From Escherichia phage vB_EcoP_IMEP8: a DNA stretch of 64,000 nucleotides. A program made the translations under genes and the position numbers. Shown here one piece after another: positions 40,884 to 51,031 of this stretch (its first letter is position 1; every line of letters starts with the position of its first letter). The notes beneath the pieces are model-generated. The model was not told where the DNA came from, ran no database searches, and saw only the letters and a list, made by a program, of their open reading frames with translations. The stretch lies in sequence record NC_070993.1. The stretch is one strand, 5' to 3'.

Positions 40884-42086
40884 TTAGTAGTTTACAACAG
40901 TGCCATCATTCAGGGTAAGACTGTTAATCTGCAACACACGACCTAACTGACGATCACTAATTGGTGCGTTCCATCCAGAGCGGTAGAAGTTACGACCGCA
41001 GAAGAAAACAATTACATTGCTTGCTACAGTCGAACCGTTTTCAGGATGCTTGATGTTAGCGATGTAATAACCACGACGCAGATTACGACGGGTAATAGGT
41101 GTGATTTCTAATCCTTGTTCTTCAACCTGCATTGTTTCAGGAACAGGTTCCGATGATTCTTCAACAACCGGCTCAGGGCTTTCCGCTGATAATGCGTAAT
41201 CCTCATCACCTGCTGGTGAAAATGTTTCTTCTACTTCTTCCACAGGAAGTTCGTATGCAACACGATAGTCAGGCTCAACACCAGAGAAGCTCTTAACAAA
41301 CTCAACAATGTTGTGAGTGTAAGTTTCCAGAGTTGTACCAGTCAGTCCCGGAGCAGTGTTAACTTCCAGAACCCAAGCATTAGTATTTTTACTAATCAGA
41401 TCAACAGCCCCGAAGTTCAAACCCAGAGCAGATACAGCTTTGTGAGCTTGAATCAGAACTTGATCAGGAGGTGCATCTTGGAAGTTTGAGGAATAAACCC
41501 AACCAGTGTGATGATTACGAATATCTTCACGATAGGTTGACAGATCGCGGTAACCGTTACGACGAATTTTCTTCTGAACGTAAGTGATAACGCCTTCGAA
41601 CACATGAACACGCCACTCACGACGTGGGCCTTGAATACCTTTGGTATATAGAGGGGCATCCGCAACACCTTCTGTCGGAAGACGAACAGTGATTCCCTCA
41701 CCAGAGTGACCAGTTAATGTTGCACGTTCGTAAACAATTTCGTTCTGGTTCCAGTTCTGAGCCACTTCACGATCGAAGGTGTATTCAACAGTTTTGACTT
41801 CAGCTAAACGCAGTGCGTTAAATGCTGCAACTTTGTTAGCTGCTCGGTTCAAGGCAACCACAGAGTTCAACACAGTTGCGCCACCAAAGAAAGAATCGTT
41901 GTATCGACGGTTTCCGTAGTTGACAACAATATCACCAACCCGAGAACGATAACGAGAACCCTCTGATACCAGAGACATTACGTTAGCATTTAAGCGGAGT
42001 TCCTGAATCTTAGTGTTGATAGCAGAAGTAAGTTCACGAACTGAATCAGAAGGGCCATAAGGAAGAACACGGATACGAGTAGTCAT
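40884..42086 (-). CDS. ATP-grasp ligase (RimK/glutathione-synthetase-like) with acidic linker and C-terminal extension
   Basis: Motif LGLNFGAVDLISKNTNAWVLEVNTAPGL matches ATP-grasp C-terminal signature. Confidence 0.7.
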   Translation of the reverse strand: MTTRIRVLPYGPSDSVRELTSAINTKIQELRLNANVMSLVSEGSRYRSRVGDIVVNYGNRRYNDSFFGGATVLNSVVALNRAANKVAAFNALRLAEVKTVEYTFDREVAQNWNQNEIVYERATLTGHSGEGITVRLPTEGVADAPLYTKGIQGPRREWRVHVFEGVITYVQKKIRRNGYRDLSTYREDIRNHHTGWVYSSNFQDAPPDQVLIQAHKAVSALGLNFGAVDLISKNTNAWVLEVNTAPGLTGTTLETYTHNIVEFVKSFSGVEPDYRVAYELPVEEVEETFSPAGDEDYALSAESPEPVVEESSEPVPETMQVEEQGLEITPITRRNLRRGYYIANIKHPENGSTVASNVIVFFCGRNFYRSGWNAPISDRQLGRVLQINSLTLNDGTVVNY

Positions 42087-42088
42087 TG

Positions 42089-42313
42089 TTAGATACCTTT
42101 AAGTTTAAGAATTTCGTTACGAGTTTTTTGAATCTGAGCTTCAATTTCGAAGTAGTCATTGAACGCATCGTTCTCTACTTCATCGGATGGTGCATCAATC
42201 AGACCGAAAGCAAACGGATACAGCTTTCGCTGCTCCGTTACTAATTCGATATGAACTCCTATGTAATACTGTAGGAGAGTAATCTTCGGTTTCTTAGGAA
42301 CCAGATTTGACAT
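42089..42313 (-). CDS. hypothetical protein (74 aa)
   Basis: ORF only. Confidence 0.4.
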   Translation of the reverse strand: MSNLVPKKPKITLLQYYIGVHIELVTEQRKLYPFAFGLIDAPSDEVENDAFNDYFEIEAQIQKTRNEILKLKGI

Positions 42314-42527
42314 GAGGTTCTACCTTAATGCCTTTGATTTTTACATAATCAGCAAGTACGTTATTGATCACCGTTGGGAAAGGAACCTCAACCTGTGTTT
42401 CAAGTACTTGACCAATACCAGCTTGCATCCACTTCTGGATTGCACGAAGGTTATCACATCCTGTGCTCGTCATCGGGATACGTCGAGTAGTTACAACGTT
42501 ATCCAGCATCATCTTACGAATTTCCAT
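42294..42527 (-). CDS. hypothetical protein (77 aa)
   Basis: ORF only. Confidence 0.4.
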   Translation of the reverse strand: MEIRKMMLDNVVTTRRIPMTSTGCDNLRAIQKWMQAGIGQVLETQVEVPFPTVINNVLADYVKIKGIKVEPHVKSGS

Positions 42528-42529
42528 AC

Positions 42530-44560
42530 TTAACCTCTATTCAATGAACATTTAGGAGAATTACAATAAACTTGATTCATAGAACCAAGCGTACAACTTT
42601 CAGCATCGCGCCACGGAATCTGCTTAAAACACTCTGAACAGTAGCCGAGGGTTGACCACATTGCTTTGGTGAAGTCAGTGCTTCGGTTTCCGTCGAAGCT
42701 GACGACAGTTTTGCGGAGAGCTGTTCGTGATTCAGGAAACACACCTGCTTTCTCAGCAGGTTCCTCCTTTTTTGGCTTAGTTGAGATTGCAAAAATACTG
42801 TTGCTACGTTTCTCAACATAAGCATCAACAACATCCTCCAGAGTGATGCCTGTCTGTTTCGCTGAGGAAGGTAATATAGTCATACGACCAATCATTTCTT
42901 CAGTTACACGTAAAGCAAACTCAGGACGACGGGCGTTTGTTGTATCTGTTGCTTTAATCCATACATAACCATCTTTGATCGTAGCATTAGATACTTTCTT
43001 CTTTACTTCTACAGCGCAGACTTTACAGATATCTTCACCACGAAGACGACTAAGTTCATCATCGAACTCATTCTCTGTTTTAACTTCACCGCAGATTTCA
43101 CAAACACCAATAGGAGTTTCCTCCTCTTCTTCCTCTTTAGGTTTAGTCAAACCTTCCAGACATTCAGGATGCCAGTAGCACTGATATGCGAAGACTGCTT
43201 TAGGTGCATCCTTCCAATCAATGTGCTTGTCACAACCACCACAATCACCATGAGAATGAGCTTCCCAGAATTTACGAGTGATAGTAACGCCATTCTTGTT
43301 GACGAAACTATCATTCATATCAAAAGGGATATCATCATCGAAGTCAGCAGTAGTTGACTCAGGCTCCTTTTTCTCCAGAGATGGGTCAACAAAACGACCT
43401 GCTGTGATCACTAAACGGACCATAGCATTGACTTCGGAGATGCAGGATACTGTCCCACGGTAAACAATTTTAGGGTCTTTCAGTGCATCCTGATAAGCCT
43501 TAATGTCTACATTATGAACATCACCTTCGATATACTCTTGAGACTTCTCATCGTAGATATAACCGATCATCTTACCACGAGAAGGAACAGCACCAGCAGT
43601 TGCATAAGGAACAAACTCATGCGGAGTGATTTCCACAGTCATATCGCGGCGAATATCAATGTTTCGATCGCTTGCGATTTTGTTTTGACTTACCACTGCG
43701 TTTCTTCGACGAACGTCTGCCGCTGTCACTCCCGGCTTCGTGTCGTAAGGATTGCTTGTATTGCTTTTTGAGGAACTTTGATAGTTGCTTTGGCTGTAGT
43801 TGTTCGAGTAGTAATTGCCCCAACGATTGATTACCGTAAAAACCGGAAGCTCGTGGGCGACCTCTTCAACCAGAGTCATGCTGTTGTTTGACATATCAAA
43901 GATATACTCTGTACCAACTTTACATTCAAAATGCTCGTCAATACGATTCTTGTGAGATCTAGAACGCTTCAGAATCCACATCAACATATCTTCTTCAGAA
44001 GCACCAAACCAATCTCTATTACAGCGTGCGAGATGGAAAGGACGCTCTTCATTACGGATGATATGAAGACGGTTATCAGAAGCATCATGCCAGATTAAGG
44101 TGAAAGCACCATCCAGCTTTTGAATAGTCTCTGCTGCACCAATAGTGTTAATAGAGTGGCAGATGTTCTCACTGTCTACCTCGAAGTTTTTGCTGTCAGG
44201 TAACAGGTCTTGGTCCATCAAGGTTCCGTTATGAACCAGAGTGATGTTACCATGTTGGAAAGGATGGGCGTTCTTGGCGTTAACTGCACCTTTCGTTGCA
44301 TGACGGCTGTGACCAACAATCCATGAAGGTGCTACAGTGTAAGCTGTTTCACCAGTGGTGTGTTTCTTGTACTCATCTTGTAGGATGAATGCGAAAGAAG
44401 GAAGAGCTTCTTTATAAGTGAAGACTTCCTTAGTGCTTTTACGCTGACCAAAGATACCGGAGGAATGTTGTCCTCGGAATACTCCAGCATAAAAGAGTTG
44501 GTTGAATACGTCTAAATCAGTGCTTGACAGATTACCGCCAGCTAATACGATGCCACAAAT
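42530..44560 (-). CDS. class-II glutamine amidotransferase / Ntn-hydrolase domain protein with C-terminal Zn-ribbon region; apparent ATT start
   Basis: In-frame extension upstream of ORF-track start encodes CGIVLAGG...FRGQHSSGIFG...GHSRHATKG; Cys codon lies two codons after an in-frame TAG; SD AGGTGGA precedes ATT; C-terminal CxxC pairs. Confidence 0.65.
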   Translation of the reverse strand: MCGIVLAGGNLSSTDLDVFNQLFYAGVFRGQHSSGIFGQRKSTKEVFTYKEALPSFAFILQDEYKKHTTGETAYTVAPSWIVGHSRHATKGAVNAKNAHPFQHGNITLVHNGTLMDQDLLPDSKNFEVDSENICHSINTIGAAETIQKLDGAFTLIWHDASDNRLHIIRNEERPFHLARCNRDWFGASEEDMLMWILKRSRSHKNRIDEHFECKVGTEYIFDMSNNSMTLVEEVAHELPVFTVINRWGNYYSNNYSQSNYQSSSKSNTSNPYDTKPGVTAADVRRRNAVVSQNKIASDRNIDIRRDMTVEITPHEFVPYATAGAVPSRGKMIGYIYDEKSQEYIEGDVHNVDIKAYQDALKDPKIVYRGTVSCISEVNAMVRLVITAGRFVDPSLEKKEPESTTADFDDDIPFDMNDSFVNKNGVTITRKFWEAHSHGDCGGCDKHIDWKDAPKAVFAYQCYWHPECLEGLTKPKEEEEEETPIGVCEICGEVKTENEFDDELSRLRGEDICKVCAVEVKKKVSNATIKDGYVWIKATDTTNARRPEFALRVTEEMIGRMTILPSSAKQTGITLEDVVDAYVEKRSNSIFAISTKPKKEEPAEKAGVFPESRTALRKTVVSFDGNRSTDFTKAMWSTLGYCSECFKQIPWRDAESCTLGSMNQVYCNSPKCSLNRG

Positions 44561-44639
44561 TTTCTAATCCACCTGAAGGGTAAACCCTTTCATCTAATTA
44601 ACCTTTAAATTGTGCCCCTTTACCAGAGGCACCCATTGA

Positions 44640-45743
44640 TTACAGCGCTTGCTCTAACTGATTTTCCAAATGATCTGGAATGTATCCTGTGATGTTGTTA
44701 TCACTGTGACCTGACTCACGAAGTAAGTCAAAAATAGCACGGATACGTTGTTCTGGAGCGTGTCTTACTTGAGATAGGTCAGTTGTACGAAGCATAACCA
44801 GAATCTCTTGGTACAAGTTGTTAGCGTTCCCTCGGACATAACCAAGGAATCCGTAGAAGTCTGACATAAGACGTAAGTCAACAAGAACCTCTCCGTTGGA
44901 GTTGGTTCGACGTAAACGAATACGACCAGACTGTTCTACTTCATGAGAACGACAATACAAAACATCACGGGCCATACAATACCCGGAATGCAAATCCGAT
45001 TCATCCAGATTGTAATCCAGAGGAAGGTAAGGAAGCATTGGGGCAAATCGTACAGTATTTAAGTGCTCGATAAACTGATCATTGCTCATATCTGCGTTAT
45101 CTAGAGCCAGCTTCTTCAACATCAAGAAGCGGTTAACCAGATTGAGAAGTTGACCACGTTTCCACTTAGGCTCACTGATACGGAACTCAATTGAACCGTA
45201 TTGGGCAAGTGGCAGAAGGTTCAGGGATGTATACTTATCCCATGAGCGAACCAGACGATTGAAGAACTCTTCATCGTCGTAGTTAAATGCGTCAGAGGCA
45301 TTCATTACCTGTGCTTGTACCACTGCAAAAGCAGGGCAGAAGTTGCTACGGTAACGATGGTAGCCTGAACACTTGAACAACATCTTTTCATAGAAGGTCC
45401 AAGCGAGAATGGTTTTCTTGAGGATATTACTATCAGCATCCCTCATATCCATATGAACGTGAGTAGAGCAACGCCAAGTCCCCTCGGCGTGCGATTCAGC
45501 TACTGCTTCACTCAGGTTGTTGATAGCGTCTAACAACTCCTGTCCGTTGTAAGGCCGTGAACATACCATTTCACAACCATTACGCAGGGAACCATCCTCT
45601 GTACAATCCCACATATCTGCTTCGATATGGTCGGAACCTTCGAGTTCAAGTTCAATACCGACACCGCACTGAAGTGCAATTGAACTGTGCGCCTCAGTTA
45701 AACGACCTTCTCGATATCCAAAAGTTTGCGCTACAGTTGTCAT
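44640..45743 (-). CDS. hypothetical enzyme, possibly amidoligase (glutamine-synthetase-like) family
   Basis: Acidic GVGIELELEGS and STHVHMD motifs plus gene context; weak. Confidence 0.35.
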   Translation of the reverse strand: MTTVAQTFGYREGRLTEAHSSIALQCGVGIELELEGSDHIEADMWDCTEDGSLRNGCEMVCSRPYNGQELLDAINNLSEAVAESHAEGTWRCSTHVHMDMRDADSNILKKTILAWTFYEKMLFKCSGYHRYRSNFCPAFAVVQAQVMNASDAFNYDDEEFFNRLVRSWDKYTSLNLLPLAQYGSIEFRISEPKWKRGQLLNLVNRFLMLKKLALDNADMSNDQFIEHLNTVRFAPMLPYLPLDYNLDESDLHSGYCMARDVLYCRSHEVEQSGRIRLRRTNSNGEVLVDLRLMSDFYGFLGYVRGNANNLYQEILVMLRTTDLSQVRHAPEQRIRAIFDLLRESGHSDNNITGYIPDHLENQLEQAL

Positions 45744-46357
45744 AACGAATCCACCAACGTAATATTATAATTGCTAAGGTTTTCAGAAATGTGATGAAAG
45801 TGTTCCAGAAGTCGCATCGGTTGCTGACCGTAAGAATCACGAGGTGCTTCCAGATCTACTTGTCCTACCAGTGCACCTTTATAATGCACCTTACCATCTG
45901 TAGGATTGATGTAAATATAACGAGTAACCAATCCATCAAATTCAGGATTGAACAGACTGTAAACCATTTCACCAGAGATAGAACGACCAATCCCCGGAGC
46001 GTTTCGAATCTTGTTACCCATCAAACCCTTCGCTCTCTGGCGAACAGGGTTGATATGAGTCCAGCTTACAGTGTTACCATTATGGAACAGATAACCAACA
46101 TCAGGTGATTCAAGAATCAAGGTTGGGTCGAACACCGGAATATTCATCGTAGTGTTTCGGAGATTCCCATGCTCGTTCTTGTACCACTGCTCTACAACAA
46201 AATACAGAGCCTGTTCTGCTTCGTGTGAGAAGTCATCGCTGCGGAAGTTACCGCTCTGCTCAACACCAATCACAAAACACGGAAGGTTGATATTGCCTGC
46301 TCGTTTAGCAATCCATGTACCATTATAGTAATGAGAAAAATCAGCTACTAAGCTCAC
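45740..46357 (-). CDS. hypothetical protein (205 aa)
   Basis: ORF, 4-nt overlap with neighbour. Confidence 0.45.
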   Translation of the reverse strand: MSLVADFSHYYNGTWIAKRAGNINLPCFVIGVEQSGNFRSDDFSHEAEQALYFVVEQWYKNEHGNLRNTTMNIPVFDPTLILESPDVGYLFHNGNTVSWTHINPVRQRAKGLMGNKIRNAPGIGRSISGEMVYSLFNPEFDGLVTRYIYINPTDGKVHYKGALVGQVDLEAPRDSYGQQPMRLLEHFHHISENLSNYNITLVDSL

Positions 46358-46366
46358 GATAACCTC

Positions 46367-47173
46367 TTATGCTACCTGAAGGAGTTTGATCTGCTGGTCA
46401 GCTTCTTTAACGTTGTTTCCGTTAATGATTTCATGAAGCTTCTCAATCGGAAGGCGAGAGTGCAACGCCATCAGAGTGGACATATCACACTGCTGAACAA
46501 CCTTGTCAACCTGATCGTAAACAAACTTACGGTTTTCACGATCACTAATCCAGAAGTTAGACAGCGAACGGTATTCGATACCATAGTCTTTATAACGGAT
46601 TGCAGATGCTTTACCGTAGAGTTCTTTACGGCGAGTATCTTTGTCCATAATTACTGCTGGGAGGGATAGGAAGTAGTCACACAGCACACCAAGCATCATC
46701 TGAGTTTGCAGAGTGATATCCAAAGCACCAACTACGCCAAGATGTACGTGACCACCGGCAGTACGAAGCCCCTTGTTCTGAGAAGTTGGGGATGGGTTTT
46801 TCTGACCAGTGAAAGCGTTGAAGTCAGGAGTGCATCCAAAGATGAACGCTGATTCATTAAAGGTCTTCATCTCTTCTTCGGTGAAGATGTGAGAGCTGAC
46901 ACCCGGAGCTGTTTCCATGTCCAGTTTGTTCAGGACGCTGTTGGTGAGATCAATACCACGTTGCATGTTGTCGTTAAACGCTTCAAAGCCGCTCTGTGGG
47001 TCAATATCAAACTCAGCCAGTACGTTGTCCTCTTGAAGACGAACATCCTTAGCCAGAGTGATCTTGTCGTCCTTAGAACAGCCTAATAGACCAGCTACAG
47101 AGGTGATGATACCGTTGCTAGTACGAACGAACATTTCAGGGTCAGAGCCGATAAGGAATTTGCGCTTAGTCAT
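46367..47173 (-). CDS. hypothetical protein (268 aa), possible amidoligase-like paralog
   Basis: FLIGSDPEMF and GGHVHLG motifs; weak. Confidence 0.35.
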   Translation of the reverse strand: MTKRKFLIGSDPEMFVRTSNGIITSVAGLLGCSKDDKITLAKDVRLQEDNVLAEFDIDPQSGFEAFNDNMQRGIDLTNSVLNKLDMETAPGVSSHIFTEEEMKTFNESAFIFGCTPDFNAFTGQKNPSPTSQNKGLRTAGGHVHLGVVGALDITLQTQMMLGVLCDYFLSLPAVIMDKDTRRKELYGKASAIRYKDYGIEYRSLSNFWISDRENRKFVYDQVDKVVQQCDMSTLMALHSRLPIEKLHEIINGNNVKEADQQIKLLQVA

Positions 47174-48137
47174 TGTAATACTCCACTAGTTCAGAAAAGA
47201 GAGATGAGATTGTGTTACCAACTTCTTCAGGAGTAAGACCGGAGTCTGCTCCAGTTCTTTGAATCAGTCGGGCTGTAAAGTTTTGTACTGTAATGTTTCC
47301 CAACTTGTCGTCTATTGCTTCACGTTTGTGACCATAACAGTTGGACCAGAGTCTTAACCACTCTGACATTGTTTCATACTCGTCCGGGTCTTGATCTTTA
47401 GCACGAGCAAATCTTCGTAAGGCATCTTGGTTATGGTTACGAACATAACCATTCTCGTTGTCGCCAACACCGAAGGGGTTTTGAACCCATACTTGTTTCG
47501 TGTATTCATCAGAGTCAACAACCAAAGGAAGGAATGCTGCTGCTGACATATTGTTATTAACAACAATAGAGGTGCTCTCACTACTCCCATTGGCTCTTCC
47601 TCGTTGAGACCATCCACCGAAGAAGTCACGACCCAACCCAGCTAACACTAGAGCGATTCCGATGCGTTTACGCTTCAGCCACTCTTCCCTGTCTTCAATT
47701 CCTTCTGCTAGGAAATCCATTCCACGATATTGCCCTTCCAGAATACTACGAAAGAGCATAAGTCCTGTGAAGATTTGATCTGCTGGATGCTCACGGAGGT
47801 TGACAGCTACACTATTCGCTGAAGTGATTGTAAATACGTCACGATAGCAAGACATGGAGTTCATAATGTCCGCTGTTTCAACCAAGTTCTTTTCAATATC
47901 AGATGCAACATGACCATGAAAAGAGTGAGTCCAGTAATTCAACATCTCCAGTTGCAAGTTGATGTCACGGTTGAAGCGTCTATAACGCCCCTCTTCCGTG
48001 ATAACTTCGCCATCAATATCATTTACGCATTGGCCTTGCATATAGTTGTGGATACCGAAGCACCCACGACCTAAGAACTTCTGTTCCCCTAAGTCTTGTT
48101 GAAGGTTTAGAGGTACGATCGTTGTGGAGATTGACAT
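47166..48137 (-). CDS. hypothetical protein (323 aa)
   Basis: ORF only. Confidence 0.45.
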   Translation of the reverse strand: MSISTTIVPLNLQQDLGEQKFLGRGCFGIHNYMQGQCVNDIDGEVITEEGRYRRFNRDINLQLEMLNYWTHSFHGHVASDIEKNLVETADIMNSMSCYRDVFTITSANSVAVNLREHPADQIFTGLMLFRSILEGQYRGMDFLAEGIEDREEWLKRKRIGIALVLAGLGRDFFGGWSQRGRANGSSESTSIVVNNNMSAAAFLPLVVDSDEYTKQVWVQNPFGVGDNENGYVRNHNQDALRRFARAKDQDPDEYETMSEWLRLWSNCYGHKREAIDDKLGNITVQNFTARLIQRTGADSGLTPEEVGNTISSLFSELVEYYND

Positions 48138-48147
48138 AACTAACCTT

Positions 48148-49344
48148 TTATTTTCCTAAAAATAATCCGCTCATAACACCATCCCACTCAGAGGAAGGAA
48201 TCACTGAATACTCCGAACTTTGGTCCAGAGTCCCACTACTAAATCGCTGAACAATGTTGTAGATATTGAACAGGTCTTTAGCCTCGGCACGAATGCCGTA
48301 GATTAGCCTGTTAGCTGTTTTCTCATTTTTAGACACGCGACGGGTAAAGTTAACCAAAAGGTTGTCACCTTTAAGTATCTCTGACCCATCTTTTACTAGA
48401 TCGGGGTGCATCACTGGCAAGAACATTGAGTTGTTAACTCGCAATTCTGCTGTTTCATCATTCTCATAATGAATCCACTTAAAGTCTTCATCACGGAAGT
48501 GACCACATCCATCTCTGTACGACTGCTGACGCCAAGGCACTTGAAATGCTTCAGCATATTTATCAGCCATGCCGACTGTAAACAGCGACGCTGGGAAGAT
48601 ACAAGCATCCCAATCGTTACCAACCAGAGTTGCTTTCGTTTCCCCCAAGAGATTGGTGTAAGTACTAACCATTCGGGAATAAACGTAAGCCTGAAGGATT
48701 GTCCACCCCTCAACCAACCATTTATGAAGGAAGATTTCAACCTGACTCTCTTCATCTTCGCAATAGAAGGTTCGATCTAACATCAAATAGAACAGACAAC
48801 GATCAGCAGGAACATTCTCAGTTGCTACACCCATAAAACCTTTTTCGTGCCAGCGTAAACAGGAGGGACGATCTTTGTCCACAAATGCTTCCATAGCTTC
48901 CAGTACAGCACGAGGTGTGGTTCGATGCTCAGGGTTTTTGTCGTTCCAACGTTCGATGTTATTTTTAAGCTCGCCTTCGTAATCAATAGCACCCCAACCT
49001 AAAGCTGCGGATACAGGTTTTTCATCACGCCAACGTCTAAAACCTAACATCTTCATGTGAGTTCCGGAGTTCCAGATATGCTTGATTTTACACATATCCA
49101 TCTCTCGGCTTAACAGGAACTCTTCCCCATCAGCACTACGAACGTTAGCTTCTTCATGCCACACTCGAACGTGCATATTCCACCCATGAGTTGCCTCATA
49201 CATGTTCGGGTCGAAGTAGTCATCATATTCGTCATCGTCTTCATCAACGCCACCGTTATAGTTGCGAAGCTGAAGGAACCCATAACAAGGAGGGTGGACC
49301 GTTAAAACATTACCTTCAGTATCTTCTAATGTTACTGGAAACAT
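48148..49344 (-). CDS. hypothetical protein (398 aa)
   Basis: ORF only. Confidence 0.45.
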   Translation of the reverse strand: MFPVTLEDTEGNVLTVHPPCYGFLQLRNYNGGVDEDDDEYDDYFDPNMYEATHGWNMHVRVWHEEANVRSADGEEFLLSREMDMCKIKHIWNSGTHMKMLGFRRWRDEKPVSAALGWGAIDYEGELKNNIERWNDKNPEHRTTPRAVLEAMEAFVDKDRPSCLRWHEKGFMGVATENVPADRCLFYLMLDRTFYCEDEESQVEIFLHKWLVEGWTILQAYVYSRMVSTYTNLLGETKATLVGNDWDACIFPASLFTVGMADKYAEAFQVPWRQQSYRDGCGHFRDEDFKWIHYENDETAELRVNNSMFLPVMHPDLVKDGSEILKGDNLLVNFTRRVSKNEKTANRLIYGIRAEAKDLFNIYNIVQRFSSGTLDQSSEYSVIPSSEWDGVMSGLFLGK

Positions 49345-49355
49345 TATACCAACCT

Positions 49356-49718
49356 CTATTGGTTTTTAATCAACTCAATCGACTTACGGATATAAAGAAT
49401 ATCTCGGAAGTTTCGGTAGTTGTTCATAAATTGGTGCTTCTGGAAAGTAGCTTCTTCCAGAGCTTTCTTTGCTTCTGCGTAGTTTTTACGGGCAAGATGT
49501 ACAACCCGCTCTGGTAACACATTTGCACGACGGATGAGATACTTGTGAGCTTTCATGTTGCTTTGCTCACGAGAAATCTTACCTTTAGCAACTTTGATAC
49601 CATTTGCAATCCAAGCAAGTTCTTGCTCAAGCTCATCGTTGGACATTCCACCGAGATTTGATGCAACCTTGTTCAGAGTTTCAATATTAACGTTGCCCTT
49701 GATGGGACGTGTATTCAT
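49356..49718 (-). CDS. hypothetical protein (120 aa)
   Basis: ORF with upstream GGAG. Confidence 0.45.
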   Translation of the reverse strand: MNTRPIKGNVNIETLNKVASNLGGMSNDELEQELAWIANGIKVAKGKISREQSNMKAHKYLIRRANVLPERVVHLARKNYAEAKKALEEATFQKHQFMNNYRNFRDILYIRKSIELIKNQ

Positions 49719-50102
49719 ACTTACTCCTGTTGTTTACACTCGTCAATAACCCACTGATAAGTGGATTGCCCAGAAAAGAAACACTGAATAAATCCAGATG
49801 TTCTCTGCGTTACCAGTGCTAGTGCACAAATCACTACCGCCGCTGCTAGCAGTTTTAAATCTAATTTAGACATATTTCCTCTCATTGAATTTAAAAAAAG
49901 ACTCTCCGAAAAGAGCCAAGCTTTAAATCCAAAAAAAAGATATTACCCAATATCTGTGGATAACCTGCTCTTAAAATATCTATCCGACGGATGTTTGAGG
50001 AACACTCCTCGCCCTAGCATCGGCCCCATACGGGAAATATATTAAGATTAGGTTAGTTGAGTTAGAATAACTCACATAGCCCTCCGAAGAAGGCTATAGG
50101 TG

Positions 50103-50570
50103 TCACTCTACCTTAACTGAAGGACAGTATTTCTCTTTCTTGCTGCGATACATCACAACAATCCAATTTGAATCACGACGCTCCTTCTTGAGCCGCTTCT
50201 TCTCAGCACGGAGTTCATATGTACTGTTTCGCCTGTCTCGGAGTTTGTCACGCGCCTTAGTTAAAAGCCACGTTGTACCAATCACGAAACCTACTAGACT
50301 TCCAGCAGCACCTAAACCAACCATGGGAGCAGCAAACCAAGTCCACCATACAAACGTACCTGCCGTATCGTGCCCCATTAGTGAGCCTCCGATAAGACAT
50401 AACGCTACATATAACATAGCAGAGAGCGCTATCAGTACGGCAAAGTTTTGAACTGTTCGCCAGAAGTATTCACAGAAGTTGGTCATGTTGTCCCAATGAT
50501 AATAGGGTAGGCTTGACATGGCTTTGTTGAATTTGTGCAACCAGCCGTTCTTGTTAATCTTGATCATCAC
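50103..50570 (-). CDS. membrane protein (at least 2 TM helices, basic C-terminus)
   Basis: Hydrophobic segments FAVLIALSAMLYVALCLIGG and FAAPMVGLGAAGSLVGFVIG. Confidence 0.5.
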   Translation of the reverse strand: MMIKINKNGWLHKFNKAMSSLPYYHWDNMTNFCEYFWRTVQNFAVLIALSAMLYVALCLIGGSLMGHDTAGTFVWWTWFAAPMVGLGAAGSLVGFVIGTTWLLTKARDKLRDRRNSTYELRAEKKRLKKERRDSNWIVVMYRSKKEKYCPSVKVE

Positions 50571-50800
50571 TCACCTTTCTTGGCACGATCTTTGGCAGTT
50601 TTACCAGTGCGGATGCGATGGGAAACGTTAACCAGAGTGCCACCATCAACTACGGTAACGCTCTTATTTTTAGCCAGATCGAACACAGTCTTCTCTGTGC
50701 CACCCAAGCGAATTTGCTTAGGTTCACTGAAGGTTTGGGTTGATTTGGATTGGAACTGGAACGGTTGACGGATTGCATCGATTGCGCTTACTTTAGACAT
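50567..50800 (-). CDS. hypothetical small protein (77 aa)
   Basis: ORF only. Confidence 0.4.
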   Translation of the reverse strand: MSKVSAIDAIRQPFQFQSKSTQTFSEPKQIRLGGTEKTVFDLAKNKSVTVVDGGTLVNVSHRIRTGKTAKDRAKKGE

Positions 50801-51031
50801 AGGGGAAATTCCTTAAAAAGTTATGGCTGCGTAGAGGGAATTCCCTACGCAAATTGGGCCGCCCACAGAGAGGCGTCATAGTACTAAAAGGAGGAGAGAA
50901 GAGGGCTTATTTAGCTACCTTTTTCTGTCCGTTTACGAACCAGATAATTGAACCATCAGGCTGTCGTTGACCGAAGCCTTTCTGATTAATCATATCGTCA
51001 TAAGAATATGCTTTACGTCTCATTTATTTTC

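Noticed and set aside
32338-49344. Known DNA hypermodification pathways (thymidine hypermodification, 7-deazaguanine, aminoadenine) as explanation for the enzyme cluster
   Set aside because: No 5-hmU DNA kinase, DpdA/TGT-like transglycosylase, QueC/D/E, or PurZ-like gene is recognisable; ThyX and dCTP deaminase are adequately explained as dTMP supply. The cluster is therefore reported as function unknown.
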